Shown here: positions 49,753 through 60,450 of the stretch, one piece after another
How the letters are laid out: every line of letters begins with the position of its first letter
How positions within the stretch are numbered: the stretch's first letter is position 1
NCBI GenBank assembly: GCA_042408215.1
Contig: JAYFMW010000008.1
Coordinates: forward strand, 160,001 to 224,000
DNA length: 64,000 bases
Source: Microcoleus sp.
GTDB lineage: Bacteria; Cyanobacteriota; Cyanobacteriia; Cyanobacteriales; Microcoleaceae
Direction of reading: 5' to 3'
Notes under the pieces: model-generated
What the model saw: only the letters and a program-made list of their open reading frames with translations
What the model was told of the DNA's origin: nothing
Database searches by the model: none
Translations under genes and position numbers: made by a program

Positions 49753-51183
49753 TCAAACGGTATCCATTGCTTCATACTCGAACTTGATTTCTTTCCAAAG
49801 TTCGCAAGCAACAGCCAATTCAGGGCTCCATTTGCAAGCTTCGCGAATGATGTCTCCGCCTTCGCGCATCAAGTTGCGGCCTTCGTTACGAGCTTGGACG
49901 CAAGCTTCCAAAGCAACGCGGTTAGCTGTTGCACCAGGTGCATTACCCCAAGGGTGGCCCAAGGTGCCGCCGCCGAACTGCAAGCAGGAGTCGTCGCCGA
50001 AGATTTCAACCAAGGCTGGCATGTGCCAGATGTGGATACCACCGGAAGCAACTGGCATGACACCAGGCATGGAGGCCCAATCTTGGGTGAAGTAGATACC
50101 GCGAGCGCGGTCTTGTTCGATGTGGTCTTCGCGCATCAAGTCTACGAAGCCCATCGTGATGCCTTTTTCGCCTTCGAGTTTGCCCACAACTGTACCGGAG
50201 TGCAGGTGGTCGCCGCCGGACATCCGCAAGCACTTGGCAAGCACGCGGAAGTGGATACCGTGGTTCTTTTGGCGATCGATCACGGCGTGCATGGCGCGGT
50301 GAATGTGCAACAGAATACCGTTTTTGCGGCACCATTTGGCCAAGCTGGTGTTTGCAGTGAAACCACCGGTGAGGTAGTCGTGCATGATGATGGGGGTTTT
50401 GATTTCTTTGGCGAATTCAGCCCGTTCCATCATTTCTTCAAAGGTAGGGGCAGTTACGTTGAGGTAGTGACCCTTGACTTCGCCAGTTTCTGCTTGAGCT
50501 TTTTCAATAGCTTCTTGAACGAACAAGAAACGATCGCGCCAGCGCATGAATGGTTGGGAGTTGATGTTTTCGTCGTCTTTGGTGAAGTCCAAACCGCCGC
50601 GTAGAACTTCGTAAACGGCACGGCCGTAGTTCTTAGCAGACAGACCCAATTTGGGCTTAATTGTACAACCGAGCAAAGGACGGCCGTACTTGTTCAATTT
50701 GTCGCGCTCAACGGTGATACCGTGAGGAGGACCTTGGAAGGTTTTGAGGTAAGCAATGGGAATCCGCAAGTCTTCCAACCGCAGAGCACGCAGAGCTTTG
50801 AAACCAAACACGTTACCGACCAAAGAGGTCAGCAGGTTGGTGACGGAACCTTCTTCAAACAAATCCAAAGGATAAGCGATGAAGCAGATATATTGGTTGT
50901 CTTCGCCGGGGACTGGCTCGATGTCGTAGCAACGGCCTTTGTAGCGATCGAGGTCGGTCAGGAGGTCAGTCCACACTGTTGTCCAAGTACCGGTGGAAGA
51001 TTCAGCAGCCACAGCAGCGCCGGCTTCTTCTGGGGGAACTCCCGGTTGTGGAGTTACGCGGAAAGCCGCCAAAATATCTGTATCTTTCGGGGTGTAGTCC
51101 GGCGTGTAATACGTTAGTTTATAGTCTTGAACTCCGGCTTTATACCCAGCCTTGGATTGAGTTTGGGTTTGCGCGTAAGCCAT
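49753..51183 (-). CDS. rbcL: RuBisCO large subunit (form IB)
   Basis: [11 protein letters not shown] catalytic motif; 476 aa. Confidence 0.99.
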   Translation of the reverse strand: MAYAQTQTQSKAGYKAGVQDYKLTYYTPDYTPKDTDILAAFRVTPQPGVPPEEAGAAVAAESSTGTWTTVWTDLLTDLDRYKGRCYDIEPVPGEDNQYICFIAYPLDLFEEGSVTNLLTSLVGNVFGFKALRALRLEDLRIPIAYLKTFQGPPHGITVERDKLNKYGRPLLGCTIKPKLGLSAKNYGRAVYEVLRGGLDFTKDDENINSQPFMRWRDRFLFVQEAIEKAQAETGEVKGHYLNVTAPTFEEMMERAEFAKEIKTPIIMHDYLTGGFTANTSLAKWCRKNGILLHIHRAMHAVIDRQKNHGIHFRVLAKCLRMSGGDHLHSGTVVGKLEGEKGITMGFVDLMREDHIEQDRARGIYFTQDWASMPGVMPVASGGIHIWHMPALVEIFGDDSCLQFGGGTLGHPWGNAPGATANRVALEACVQARNEGRNLMREGGDIIREACKWSPELAVACELWKEIKFEYEAMDTV

Positions 51184-51807
51184 ATCTCGCTTCCTAGTAT
51201 TCGCTTAATTTTTTGGCCTGATGGCAGGCTCTTAAAAATATATCAATAAAGTGACACTCTGAAATTTTAATATTCTTTTAATCATCATAAGTATTATTTA
51301 TTTAAATTTACATCTGGATAAAAATCGTAACATTTCTTATCAAACATAAGGCACGAAGGATGCAGGGGGAATAGCTGGGGATCGTAAAAGAAGGAAGAGG
51401 GAAGGGAAGGGGAAATTAGTAATAAATACTTAGTTTTATGGTTTTTGGTGGCGATCGAGCTTGTGCGATCGGTATGCAGTAAGTTCACTAAAATTGTCAG
51501 GAGATAGGCTTTGCCTATGTGTCATTCTGAGCGTTGCGAATGACAGAATGCGTAAGTCCTGATTGTATTACTCCGTTCCTTCAGACAAGAAAGATCGGCT
51601 AAAAATTCCCCTCTCCCCATTTCTCCCCGATTCCCCCAAGTCAAAAACCGACACCATAGCACATAATATGGACAGGACTTGCGCCGTCGCCCCGTGTTTC
51701 TCAACCCAAAAGCCTGATTACAGCAATTTAACCGGGGGGTCAACCCGGTTTACTCAGTAGCTGCGCGTAAGTCGTAATGGATATTTAGTCCCATTTCTAC
51801 TCTGGTT

Positions 51808-53565
51808 GTGCCTCACCCCCATTCAAAAGCCGTCCACTGCATCAATCCAGATTGCCCAAAGCCTTACCCTCAGACTTGGGGCAACAATTTTTGTCAGAGT
51901 TGCGGGGGGCCGCTGCGGCTGAAAAATCGCTACGTGCCGCTAGAAGGTTTGGGCACAGGCGGTTTTGCAGCTATCTACACTGTTTGGGATACAGAATCTC
52001 AAACCGAGCGGGTCCTCAAAGTATTGCTGGAAACTTCCCCGAAAGCGCTGAAATTGTTCGAGCAAGAAGCCTGGGTTTTAGCGCTTTTGCGACATCCGGG
52101 TGTCCCTAGAGTCGAGCCTGACGGTTATTTTCATGTGCAAATGCCAAATTTTGCTCTGAGCGAGGGAAGTGCTGCGGCGCGGCGGCTTCCTTGTTTGGTA
52201 ATGGAAAAAATTCACGGCAAAACTTTGGAAGAAGTTCTGGATGAGCACCCTCAAGGTTGTCCGCAGGAATGGGTTTTGAGTTGGCTGAGTCAAGCTGTGG
52301 AAATTTTAGAGGAGTTGCACAGGTGCCAGATTATTCACCGGGATATTAAACCCTCAAATTTGATGCTGCGGAATTCGCCATCGCCACAACTTTTACTGGC
52401 TAAGGGTTTGGGTGGATTGGAATTGGTGACGATCGACTTTGGGGGAGTTAAAAAAATTGGCGGTGTCGAACCGGTGGGGAAAGATTCTCCGAGTTCGACG
52501 CGGTTGATTTCCCCTGGGTACAGCCCGCCGGAGCAAATTTTTGGGGGCGGTGTGGGGCCGGCTACGGATTTTTATGCTCTTGGCCGCACTTGCATTCACT
52601 TGCTGACGGGGAAGTATCCGGCCCAAATTGAAGATCCGATGACGGGGGAGTTGCGGTGGCGCCACATATCGCCGATCGCCCCGGCTTTTGCTAATTTGTT
52701 GGATGATATGGTGCGATCGGACGTGCAGCATCGTCCGGCGACGGCTGGGGATGTTCGCCAACGTCTGAGGAAGATTTCTGCCCGGAATCAGGGACAAATT
52801 TCGTTAGCCCCAATCGGTCAAGCTATTTTAAAATTCTGTCGGGAAATATTGGTGGTGGGGGCGCAAAAAACTGTTAGCCTGACTGGTTTTGTGTTTGGGG
52901 CGATCGCCCAAATTGTGGTAGCTTCTCTGGATACGGGCTGGGAAATGGTGCTCGGTGGGATTGGGGGAAGTGCGGGGGCGATCGGCGGTTTGGTTTTGGG
53001 CTATGCTTCGCCTATAGGCCCGGAAATTGCCAGTTTTTTGAATGAAGGTTTGCATCAATTAATTCCTAACATGACTTTCGCTGTGGGGCCGGAGGTGCTA
53101 CTGTTTGGATTTGCGGGGTTGGGAACTGCGATCGGTTTGACTGATGCGGGTGGTTTTCGCCAACAAAAACAGTATTGGCTATCTGGATTAATGGGAGTTC
53201 AAGGCTATTTATTAGCTGGTTTGTGCTGGTTGGAAGCAACAACTTCTAGTGACGTGCAGGGGATTATTTTGGGTGCTTTTGCGATCGCCACTTTAACGAT
53301 CGGAATGGGTTTGCGGAGTCACCAATTGGTGCACGCTTTGGTGGTGGCTGTTTGTTCTACGGGAGTGTTTTTGTTTCTGAATGCTTTGAGCATTTTTCCT
53401 GGGAGTTTCTTGGAGAGTTTTGCGTCGTCTTACGCTGTACTCGGTTGGCTGCAAGTTTGGGGGGCTGTGGCGTTTTTTGGTTTGTTGGGAAGTGCGATCG
53501 GGCTTTGTTTGGGAGTCAGTCATTATTTGGTTGTGCCTTTGTTAAGGTGGTTGGGTTGGAAGTAG
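51808..53565 (+). CDS. Membrane-anchored Ser/Thr protein kinase with N-terminal 4-Cys zinc ribbon
   Basis: CINPDC..FCQSCG, LGTGGF, IIHRDIKPSN, IDFG, GYSPPEQ, C-terminal TM helices. Confidence 0.92.
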   Translation: MPHPHSKAVHCINPDCPKPYPQTWGNNFCQSCGGPLRLKNRYVPLEGLGTGGFAAIYTVWDTESQTERVLKVLLETSPKALKLFEQEAWVLALLRHPGVPRVEPDGYFHVQMPNFALSEGSAAARRLPCLVMEKIHGKTLEEVLDEHPQGCPQEWVLSWLSQAVEILEELHRCQIIHRDIKPSNLMLRNSPSPQLLLAKGLGGLELVTIDFGGVKKIGGVEPVGKDSPSSTRLISPGYSPPEQIFGGGVGPATDFYALGRTCIHLLTGKYPAQIEDPMTGELRWRHISPIAPAFANLLDDMVRSDVQHRPATAGDVRQRLRKISARNQGQISLAPIGQAILKFCREILVVGAQKTVSLTGFVFGAIAQIVVASLDTGWEMVLGGIGGSAGAIGGLVLGYASPIGPEIASFLNEGLHQLIPNMTFAVGPEVLLFGFAGLGTAIGLTDAGGFRQQKQYWLSGLMGVQGYLLAGLCWLEATTSSDVQGIILGAFAIATLTIGMGLRSHQLVHALVVAVCSTGVFLFLNALSIFPGSFLESFASSYAVLGWLQVWGAVAFFGLLGSAIGLCLGVSHYLVVPLLRWLGWK

Positions 53566-53584
53566 GAATTAATCCCAAATCACT

Positions 53585-54064
53585 ATGCCGATCGAGTCGC
53601 TGTCGATTAAACTTGTGTCCAGATTTTCAATGATTTGTGCTCTGGCGATCGCCCTTGTCCTCAGCAGCCCCAATCTAGCCAAAGCCGAATCGCGATCGCA
53701 AGCCGTCGATCGATTAACAGATTTCTTATTCTACAAGGTTAATCCTCAGTTAAACAATCGTAAACTGCAAGCGGGCGATCGCAACTACATAACGGAATGG
53801 CAGAGATTACGCACAGCAATAGATCCGCGAGTTAAGCCCGCCCAAGAAGTCTGCAATAGTCCGGGCCCAGAAGATATAGGATGGGAATTCACCACAATTA
53901 ACGGCGAAACATACCAACAAACTTACGATCGCCTTGCAGATATAATTTTTTATAGTCGTCATCCTCAAACGACAGGACAGCAAATTCCTATAGGTGATGA
54001 AGCCAGCAGCAAGGAATGGTTAGCAATTCGACGCGAAATGTATATTTCCAATTGTGGAATCTGA
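53585..54064 (+). CDS. Secreted hypothetical protein (paralog A)
   Basis: Signal peptide; ESRSQAVDRLTDFLFYKVNPQL. Confidence 0.8.
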   Translation: MPIESLSIKLVSRFSMICALAIALVLSSPNLAKAESRSQAVDRLTDFLFYKVNPQLNNRKLQAGDRNYITEWQRLRTAIDPRVKPAQEVCNSPGPEDIGWEFTTINGETYQQTYDRLADIIFYSRHPQTTGQQIPIGDEASSKEWLAIRREMYISNCGI

Positions 54065-54105
54065 GACTCTATTTCACTTCAAATTCATTTACTTTATAGC
54101 TCACT

Positions 54106-54678
54106 ATGCTAATTAAATCAGGACTTACCCACTCCTACCAAAGAAACCGGGTTTTTTTTCCCAAAAGACGGGTTCTGGCCCGAAGATTCGCTAAAAAACC
54201 CGGTTTCTGGCTCCCCATAAGTCCTATACTGTCAATAAACTCTGTGTTGAAGTTTTTAGGGGTGTTTGCGTTGGCGATCGCCCTTGTTATCAGTAATGCA
54301 AATCTCAACAATGCTATAGCGCGAGATTATGAATCACGAACTCAAGCCGTGGATAGATTTACGGATTGGTTTTTCTACAAAGTTAATCCTCAATTAGGAG
54401 GTCGAAAATTGCGATCGGACGATTCTCCTGTCTACATCCGCGAATGGAATGCTATTCGTAGTACAGTCGATCGCGAAATGATTACTACACAAGGAGATTG
54501 CGTCGGTGATGCTTTCTGGGACTTCGATTATCGTTCTCATGGGCGATCGCTCGATCGGATTGCAGATACAATTTGGGCTATCCGCGATCCATCGGGCGAT
54601 CGAACTCGTGCAGATGTTTCTCAAAAAGAGCGAAATAAGCTTCGGGAATCAATAATTAGAGAGCATTTTTGTTATTAA
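54106..54678 (+). CDS. Secreted hypothetical protein (paralog B) with an in-frame repeat insertion near the N-terminus
   Basis: ESRTQAVDRFTDWFFYKVNPQL. Confidence 0.75.
   Translation: MLIKSGLTHSYQRNRVFFPKRRVLARRFAKKPGFWLPISPILSINSVLKFLGVFALAIALVISNANLNNAIARDYESRTQAVDRFTDWFFYKVNPQLGGRKLRSDDSPVYIREWNAIRSTVDREMITTQGDCVGDAFWDFDYRSHGRSLDRIADTIWAIRDPSGDRTRADVSQKERNKLRESIIREHFCY
54120..54228. mobile_element. MITE-like insertion with AGGACTTA/TAAGTCCT ends
   Basis: Absent from paralog A; internal AGAAACCGGGTTTTTT/AAAAAACCCGGTTTCT inverted pair. Confidence 0.75.
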
Positions 54679-54800
54679 TTTGCAAGATTTGAAACCAGAA
54701 AATTAACAATAAATAACAACAGGGATCTCGGTTACAAAAAATGTTAAAATTTTGCTATCATCAGTAATAGCCGGAAATAATATTATATTTTTGCACTAAA

Positions 54801-55580
54801 ATGTCAGTCACTACTCATCAATTAATTCAGTGGAAACAACAAGGGCGGTCAATTGTCGCACTGACGGGCTATGATTATGCGATCGCCCAACTCATAGATC
54901 AAGCCGGCGTAGATCTAATCCTCGTCGGCGATTCCCTCGCCATGCCTATATTAGGCTACGAGACAACACTGCCGCTAACTCTCGATGAAATGCTGCACCA
55001 CGCTAAAGCTGTGCGTCGCGGTGTTAAACAAGCATTAATTGTGGTGGATTTGCCATTCTTAACTTATCAAGAAAGTGTCCAGCAAGCCATGCACTCAGCG
55101 GGGAGAGTTTTGAAAGAAACAGGTGCTCAAGCTGTCAAATTAGAAGGCGGATATCCAGCAATGGCCGCAACTATTTCGCAACTGACATCAGCGGGAATTC
55201 CGGTGATGGGTCACGTCGGTTTAACCCCGCAGTCGGTACACCAACTCGGCTACAAAAAACAGGGGAAAACTGTGGAAGCGGGAGAGAGGATTTTGCAAGA
55301 GTCGATCGCACTTCAAGAAGCAGGTGCTTTTGCTGTAGTATTAGAACACATCCCCGCAGACTTAGCCGATCGCATTACTCAAAAGTTAACTATTCCGACA
55401 ATTGGTATCGGTGCGGGCCCATACTGCGACGGTCAAGTTTTAGTTACTTCCGATTTGTTGGGACTTTCCGAAAAACAGCCGCCATTCGCTAAAGCTTATG
55501 CCAATTTGCGATCGACAATTACCCAAGCTGTGAAAGATTATTCCCTAGAAGTTAGAGAAGGCAAATTTCCCGATTTGTGA
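54801..55580 (+). CDS. panB: 3-methyl-2-oxobutanoate hydroxymethyltransferase
   Basis: [38 protein letters not shown]. Confidence 0.97.
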   Translation: MSVTTHQLIQWKQQGRSIVALTGYDYAIAQLIDQAGVDLILVGDSLAMPILGYETTLPLTLDEMLHHAKAVRRGVKQALIVVDLPFLTYQESVQQAMHSAGRVLKETGAQAVKLEGGYPAMAATISQLTSAGIPVMGHVGLTPQSVHQLGYKKQGKTVEAGERILQESIALQEAGAFAVVLEHIPADLADRITQKLTIPTIGIGAGPYCDGQVLVTSDLLGLSEKQPPFAKAYANLRSTITQAVKDYSLEVREGKFPDL

Positions 55581-55695
55581 AGATTTTATAGCGATTAGTT
55601 GGGCGGGGGCGGGTTTACAAGATTGCGGGTTTTAGGCAATTATTGTCGGTAAAACCCGCCCCTACAGTTGTTTGACTGAATCATTTCCAATTTAC

Positions 55696-55899
55696 CTAAT
55701 CCTCATGTTTAACCTCTTCGTCCCGATTTTTCTGCTTCTCCTTCTCAACAGCTTCATCATCAGCCAAACCCACACCATCCTTGAAACTCCGCAAGGTTTT
55801 TCCCAAAGCATTTCCCAACTCAGGAATTTTCTTGGGGCCGAAAATTAGAATAGCGACTAGCGCAATAATGCCCAATTCGGGCAATCCCAGACCAAACAT
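55696..55899 (-). CDS. tatA: Twin-arginine translocase TatA/E subunit
   Basis: MFGLGLPE..ILIFGPKKIPELG.ALGKTLR.FK. Confidence 0.92.
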   Translation of the reverse strand: MFGLGLPELGIIALVAILIFGPKKIPELGNALGKTLRSFKDGVGLADDEAVEKEKQKNRDEEVKHED

Positions 55900-56029
55900 A
55901 CACTCATCTCCTGTAAAACTTACTCGATCGCACGTCGATCTGCTAATATCCTTAAAAGTATCTACCTTTGTTCCTGTATCCTGCAACAGTTGAATAAAGT
56001 TTTGTTAAGCCGATCGCCCATAAATAAAA

Positions 56030-56767
56030 ATGTTAGACATATCCAAACCTTCTCTACGCGACCAACAACACTACCTCATCCGCGAGTTAGCCGATCGGAT
56101 GGAAGCAGTATGGCATCGTTACCTAGACCTAGAACCATACCACCTGCCCGCTGAGTTGGGATACGTGGAAGGGCGTTTGGAAGGAGAAAAACTGGTCATT
56201 GAAAACCGCTGCTATCAAACGCCCCAATTCCGCAAAATACATTTGGAACTCGCTAAGGTTGGGCCGATGCTTGACATTTTGCACTGCGTGATGTTTCCTA
56301 GACCGACCTATGCTTTGCCGATGTTTGGTACGGACATAGTAGCAGGTAAAGGCCAAATTAGCGCGGCGATCGCAGACCTTTCTCCCCTGAATGCCGATCG
56401 AACTTTATCAGAAATCTACCGAACCAGACTAAAACCTCTGCCAGTTAACCAATTTTCTTGTCTCCGCCAAATTCCCGACTGGGGCGATATCTTCTCGGAA
56501 TTTTGCCTGTTTGTGCGGCCAGATTCCCAGGAAGAAGAAAGCCGATTTTTGGACATAGTTGAATCCTACGTGGAAATTCACTGCAAACAAGCAGTGGCAT
56601 CAAAACCAGTCTCTGCCGCTGAGGAGGAGAAAGTTCTGGCGGCTCAAGTTTACTACTGCACGCAGCAGCAACAAAACGACAAAACCCGCCGCGTACTCGA
56701 AAAAGCTTTCGGTCAAGATTGGGCAGAACATTACATGACAGAGGTACTTTTTGATCTCCCTAAATAG
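56030..56767 (+). CDS. pcyA: Phycocyanobilin:ferredoxin oxidoreductase
   Basis: FRKIHLELAKVG..LDILHCVMFP, QQQNDKTRRVLEKAFG. Confidence 0.96.
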   Translation: MLDISKPSLRDQQHYLIRELADRMEAVWHRYLDLEPYHLPAELGYVEGRLEGEKLVIENRCYQTPQFRKIHLELAKVGPMLDILHCVMFPRPTYALPMFGTDIVAGKGQISAAIADLSPLNADRTLSEIYRTRLKPLPVNQFSCLRQIPDWGDIFSEFCLFVRPDSQEEESRFLDIVESYVEIHCKQAVASKPVSAAEEEKVLAAQVYYCTQQQQNDKTRRVLEKAFGQDWAEHYMTEVLFDLPK

Positions 56768-56839
56768 TTAAGATCTGTTTACAATACTGAAGGAGGCGAG
56801 GGCAAAAATTCGATCGGCAAATGAGCTACCTCATAGGTA

Positions 56840-58483
56840 ATGGGAAAGGAATCGAAGGTCAAGGACAAATCATTGTTAAAACCGACCGGGCGAGGAGTTC
56901 TAGGTTTAGCGATTGCTGCAACAGTCATTACCACAGCAGTGGGTTTTTGGCAAGTATCCGAAATTAGAAAATCTCAAGAGTTAAAGGCCGCCGCAGCAAC
57001 CGCTACTGCAACCGCAGTCGCCACCCGCAACAGCGTCACAGCTTTGGGTAGGTTGAGCCCCCAGGGGGAAGCGATCAAACTGTCGGCCCCTTCGGCTTAT
57101 GACGGCGCGCGGATTGAACAATTGCGGGTGGAAGAGGGCGATCGAGTCAGTCAAGGACAAATCATAGCAGTTCTCGATACGCGCGATCGGCTCCAAGCCA
57201 CTCTCCAACAAGCCGACAAAGAAGTCAAAGTCAAACAAGCAGAATTAGCCAAAATTCAAGCAGGCGCAAAAACAGGCGTTGTCGGCGCCGTCCAAGCAGA
57301 AGTTGCCAAGTTTCAAGCTCAACTGCAAAGAGAAACCGAAGGCGAAGCAGCCAATGTCGCCCGCTTAGAAGCTCAACTGCGGAGAGAAACCGAAGCCGAA
57401 CAAGCTAACGTCGCTAAATTCGAGGCTCAACTGCGAAGAGAAACCTCAGCCGAACAAGCTAATCTTGCCAAATTTGAGGCGCAACTGCAAAGAGAAACTG
57501 AAGTACAGCAAGCCAAACTTGCGAGGCTAGAAGCTCAATTGCGGGGCGAAATAGCCTCTCAAAACGCTACAGTCGATCGCCTAAAAGCAGAATTGAAAAA
57601 CGCCGAAGCCGAGCAACAACGCAACAAACAACTGTCAGAAACAGGTGCTATTTCTGCTTCCACTTACGACACAAAACGTTTAGCAGTAGATACGGCTCAC
57701 CATAAAGTCATAGAAGCTAAAGCAATCTTAAAAAAAACCGTGCAAACTCTGCAACAGGAAATAGTCGAAACTCAAGCAACAATCAAACAAACAGTAGAAA
57801 CAGGCCAGCAAGAAATCAATCAATCTCGCGCTAATCTCAAAGGGAAATTAGAAACAGGTAAGCAAGAAATTAATGGAGCCAGAGCCGCCCTCAACCAAAA
57901 GATAGAAACAGGACGATCGCAAATCAATCAAGCCCAAGCAATGCTTAAACAAAAAGCAGAAACAGGCCAAGCACAAATCAATCAAGCTAAAGCAAATCTC
58001 GACCAAATTGCCGAAGTACGCCCCGAAGACGTACAAGCCGCCCAAGCCGCAGTCGAAAGTGCGATCGCCACCAAACAAAAAGCTCAAGTAGACCTAAATT
58101 TAAGCTACGTCAAAGCACCCGTATCCGCCTCCGTGCTCAAAGTTCACACCCGACAAGGAGAACGCATCAACACTCAAAATGGCATCGTAGAACTCGGCCG
58201 CACCGATCAAATGTATGCGATCGCAGAAGTATACGAAACAGACATTGCCAAAGTGCGAAACGGCCAGCGCGCCACCGTCACCAGCCCCGTTTTTGCAGGC
58301 ACACTAGAAGGAAAAGTCGCTCGCATCGGTAAACAAATAGGCAAAAAAGATGTCCTGAATACAGACCCGGCAGCCGACACCGATGCTAGAGTTGTAGAAG
58401 TGAGAATTCGCCTAAATCCAGAGTCGAGTAAAAAAGTTGCAGCCCTGACAAACTTACAGGTTGAAGTTAAAATAGAAATCTGA
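56840..58483 (+). CDS. devB: DevB-family ABC exporter membrane fusion protein with extended coiled coil
   Basis: VTALGRLSPQGE, AEVYETDI.KV, DPAADTDARVVEV. Confidence 0.9.
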   Translation: MGKESKVKDKSLLKPTGRGVLGLAIAATVITTAVGFWQVSEIRKSQELKAAAATATATAVATRNSVTALGRLSPQGEAIKLSAPSAYDGARIEQLRVEEGDRVSQGQIIAVLDTRDRLQATLQQADKEVKVKQAELAKIQAGAKTGVVGAVQAEVAKFQAQLQRETEGEAANVARLEAQLRRETEAEQANVAKFEAQLRRETSAEQANLAKFEAQLQRETEVQQAKLARLEAQLRGEIASQNATVDRLKAELKNAEAEQQRNKQLSETGAISASTYDTKRLAVDTAHHKVIEAKAILKKTVQTLQQEIVETQATIKQTVETGQQEINQSRANLKGKLETGKQEINGARAALNQKIETGRSQINQAQAMLKQKAETGQAQINQAKANLDQIAEVRPEDVQAAQAAVESAIATKQKAQVDLNLSYVKAPVSASVLKVHTRQGERINTQNGIVELGRTDQMYAIAEVYETDIAKVRNGQRATVTSPVFAGTLEGKVARIGKQIGKKDVLNTDPAADTDARVVEVRIRLNPESSKKVAALTNLQVEVKIEI

Positions 58484-58610
58484 AAAACCGACTCACTCTC
58501 GATAATTAATCCGTGTATCCGTGTCCTCTTCTTCTTCCTTGTTCCTGACCTCCGTTACATCCGTTACATCCGTTACATAATCCGTTGCCGAACTTCCTTC
58601 ATTAAACATT

Positions 58611-59771
58611 ATGGCAAAAATACCGCTAGCTTGGGCACAATTAACGCGCGAAAAAATGCGTTTAGTAATCGCGATCGCTGGGATTGGATTTGCCGATTTG
58701 CTGATGTTTATACAGTTTGGATTTAGAGATGCGCTCTTTGAAAGTTCCATCAGCTTTCACTCGCAATTAAAAGGAGATATTTTTCTCACCAGCACCCAGT
58801 CAACGGCTTTAATAGCCATGAAAAGTTTTCCCCAACGGCGTTTGTATCAAGCTTTGAGTTTTAATGGCGTTACAGGAATTAGCCCGGTATATTTAGGCTT
58901 TGGTTTGTGGAAAAATCCCGAACCAGAAAAAAACAATACTCGCCAACTGATGGTAATCGGTTTTGACCCCACTCATCCCATCTTTGATCTGCCGGAAGTC
59001 AAAGATAATTTGGACAAAATCAAAATTTCAGATGTCGTTTTATTCGATCGATCTTCCCGCCCGGAGTTTGGGCCAGTAGCGGAATATTTCAAGCAGGGAA
59101 AAACTGTGGAAACTGAAATAGATAACCGCCGCGTTACTGTAGAAGGGTTATTTACTTTAGGAGCATCTTTCGGTGCTGATGGCAATATTATTACTAGCGA
59201 TTTGAATTTTCTGCGGATTTTTAACGGTAGAAGAAGTAAAGGTTTAATTGATCTAGGAGTTGTTCACTTGCAGCCGGGAACGGATGTCAAAGCAGTTATT
59301 GAAAAAATGAGATCGACTTTACCACAAGATGTGACAATTGCTTCTAAAGAAGAGTTTGTAGCTTTTGAGAGAAAATATTGGGAGGAAAGCACGGCGATCG
59401 GATTTATTTTCACTCTGGGCGCGGCTATGGGATTTATCGTCGGGATAGTGATTGTCTATCAAATTCTTTATACTGATGTTACTGACCATTTGCCAGAATA
59501 CGCTACGCTGAAGGCGATGGGATATAAAGATATCTACTTTTTGAGTGTGGTTTTTCAAGAGGCTTTGATTCTGGCAATTATTGGTTATTTGCCAGGATTG
59601 GGCGTTTCTATGGTGCTATATAATTTAGCTAGAACTGCTACGAGTTTGCCGATGTACATGACTATGGGGAAAGTTGTAACTGTGTTTGCAATGACAGTGG
59701 TAATGTGTTCTGTATCGGGGGCGATCGCAGTTAGGAAGTTGCAGGCGGCCGATCCGGCAGATATTTTTTAA
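58611..59771 (+). CDS. devC: DevC ABC transporter permease
   Basis: IPLAWAQL, YQILYTDV.DHLPEYATLKAMGY, KLQAADPADIF. Confidence 0.93.
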   Translation: MAKIPLAWAQLTREKMRLVIAIAGIGFADLLMFIQFGFRDALFESSISFHSQLKGDIFLTSTQSTALIAMKSFPQRRLYQALSFNGVTGISPVYLGFGLWKNPEPEKNNTRQLMVIGFDPTHPIFDLPEVKDNLDKIKISDVVLFDRSSRPEFGPVAEYFKQGKTVETEIDNRRVTVEGLFTLGASFGADGNIITSDLNFLRIFNGRRSKGLIDLGVVHLQPGTDVKAVIEKMRSTLPQDVTIASKEEFVAFERKYWEESTAIGFIFTLGAAMGFIVGIVIVYQILYTDVTDHLPEYATLKAMGYKDIYFLSVVFQEALILAIIGYLPGLGVSMVLYNLARTATSLPMYMTMGKVVTVFAMTVVMCSVSGAIAVRKLQAADPADIF

Positions 59772-59945
59772 GTGGTTGGACACGCTAATTATAGTAGTCT
59801 GTAGGGTGCGTCGCTGCGAGATATTGGATATAACTTGCTGTATTTCGGGTGGTGACGCACCTGACACGGGAGTTCAAATTGTATGTACCGCGTATATATG
59901 GAATATGCTGTATAGCAACAGACGCAAAATCATTGAGGAACAAAA

Positions 59946-60296
59946 ATGTCAATACCAAAGCCACACTATTCTGTAAGCTGGATTTATCTACTTCTTGCAG
60001 TCGTTTTAGAGGCCGCAGGCACTATTTATATGAAATTATCAGAGGGTTTCACAAAAGTGGTTCCCTCGATTTTGATGCTAATTTTTTATGGAATTAGTTT
60101 TATCTTTTTAAATTTAGCTATTAAAAAGTTAGATGTGAGCGTAGCTTATGCAATTTTCTCCGGGTTGGGGATTGCTCTTGTCACTATTGGAGGCATTTTC
60201 TTTTTTAAAGACCCCATCACGGTGTTTAGAATCACTGCCATTTCCGTAATCATCATCGGTGTAATGATTTTGAATTTTACAGGTTTATCTCATTAA
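59946..60296 (+). CDS. SMR family small multidrug efflux transporter
   Basis: WIYLLLAVVLE..GT..MKLSEGF, VAYAI.SGLG; four TM helices. Confidence 0.9.
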   Translation: MSIPKPHYSVSWIYLLLAVVLEAAGTIYMKLSEGFTKVVPSILMLIFYGISFIFLNLAIKKLDVSVAYAIFSGLGIALVTIGGIFFFKDPITVFRITAISVIIIGVMILNFTGLSH

Positions 60297-60450
60297 ACAA
60301 CGCCCGGAAAGAAGTTCGGCAACGTATGCAAGTAACGGATACTTGGACTTCGCTCAGTACAAGTGTAATGGAGGTCAGAAAGAAGGAAGATGGAAGTCGG
60401 AAAAAGGAATTACCAATTACCAATTACCAATTACCAATTGCCAATTACCC

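Noticed and set aside
51184..51807. NtcA or LysR-type operator and promoter calls upstream of rbcL
   Set aside because: No convincing consensus match could be identified by eye.
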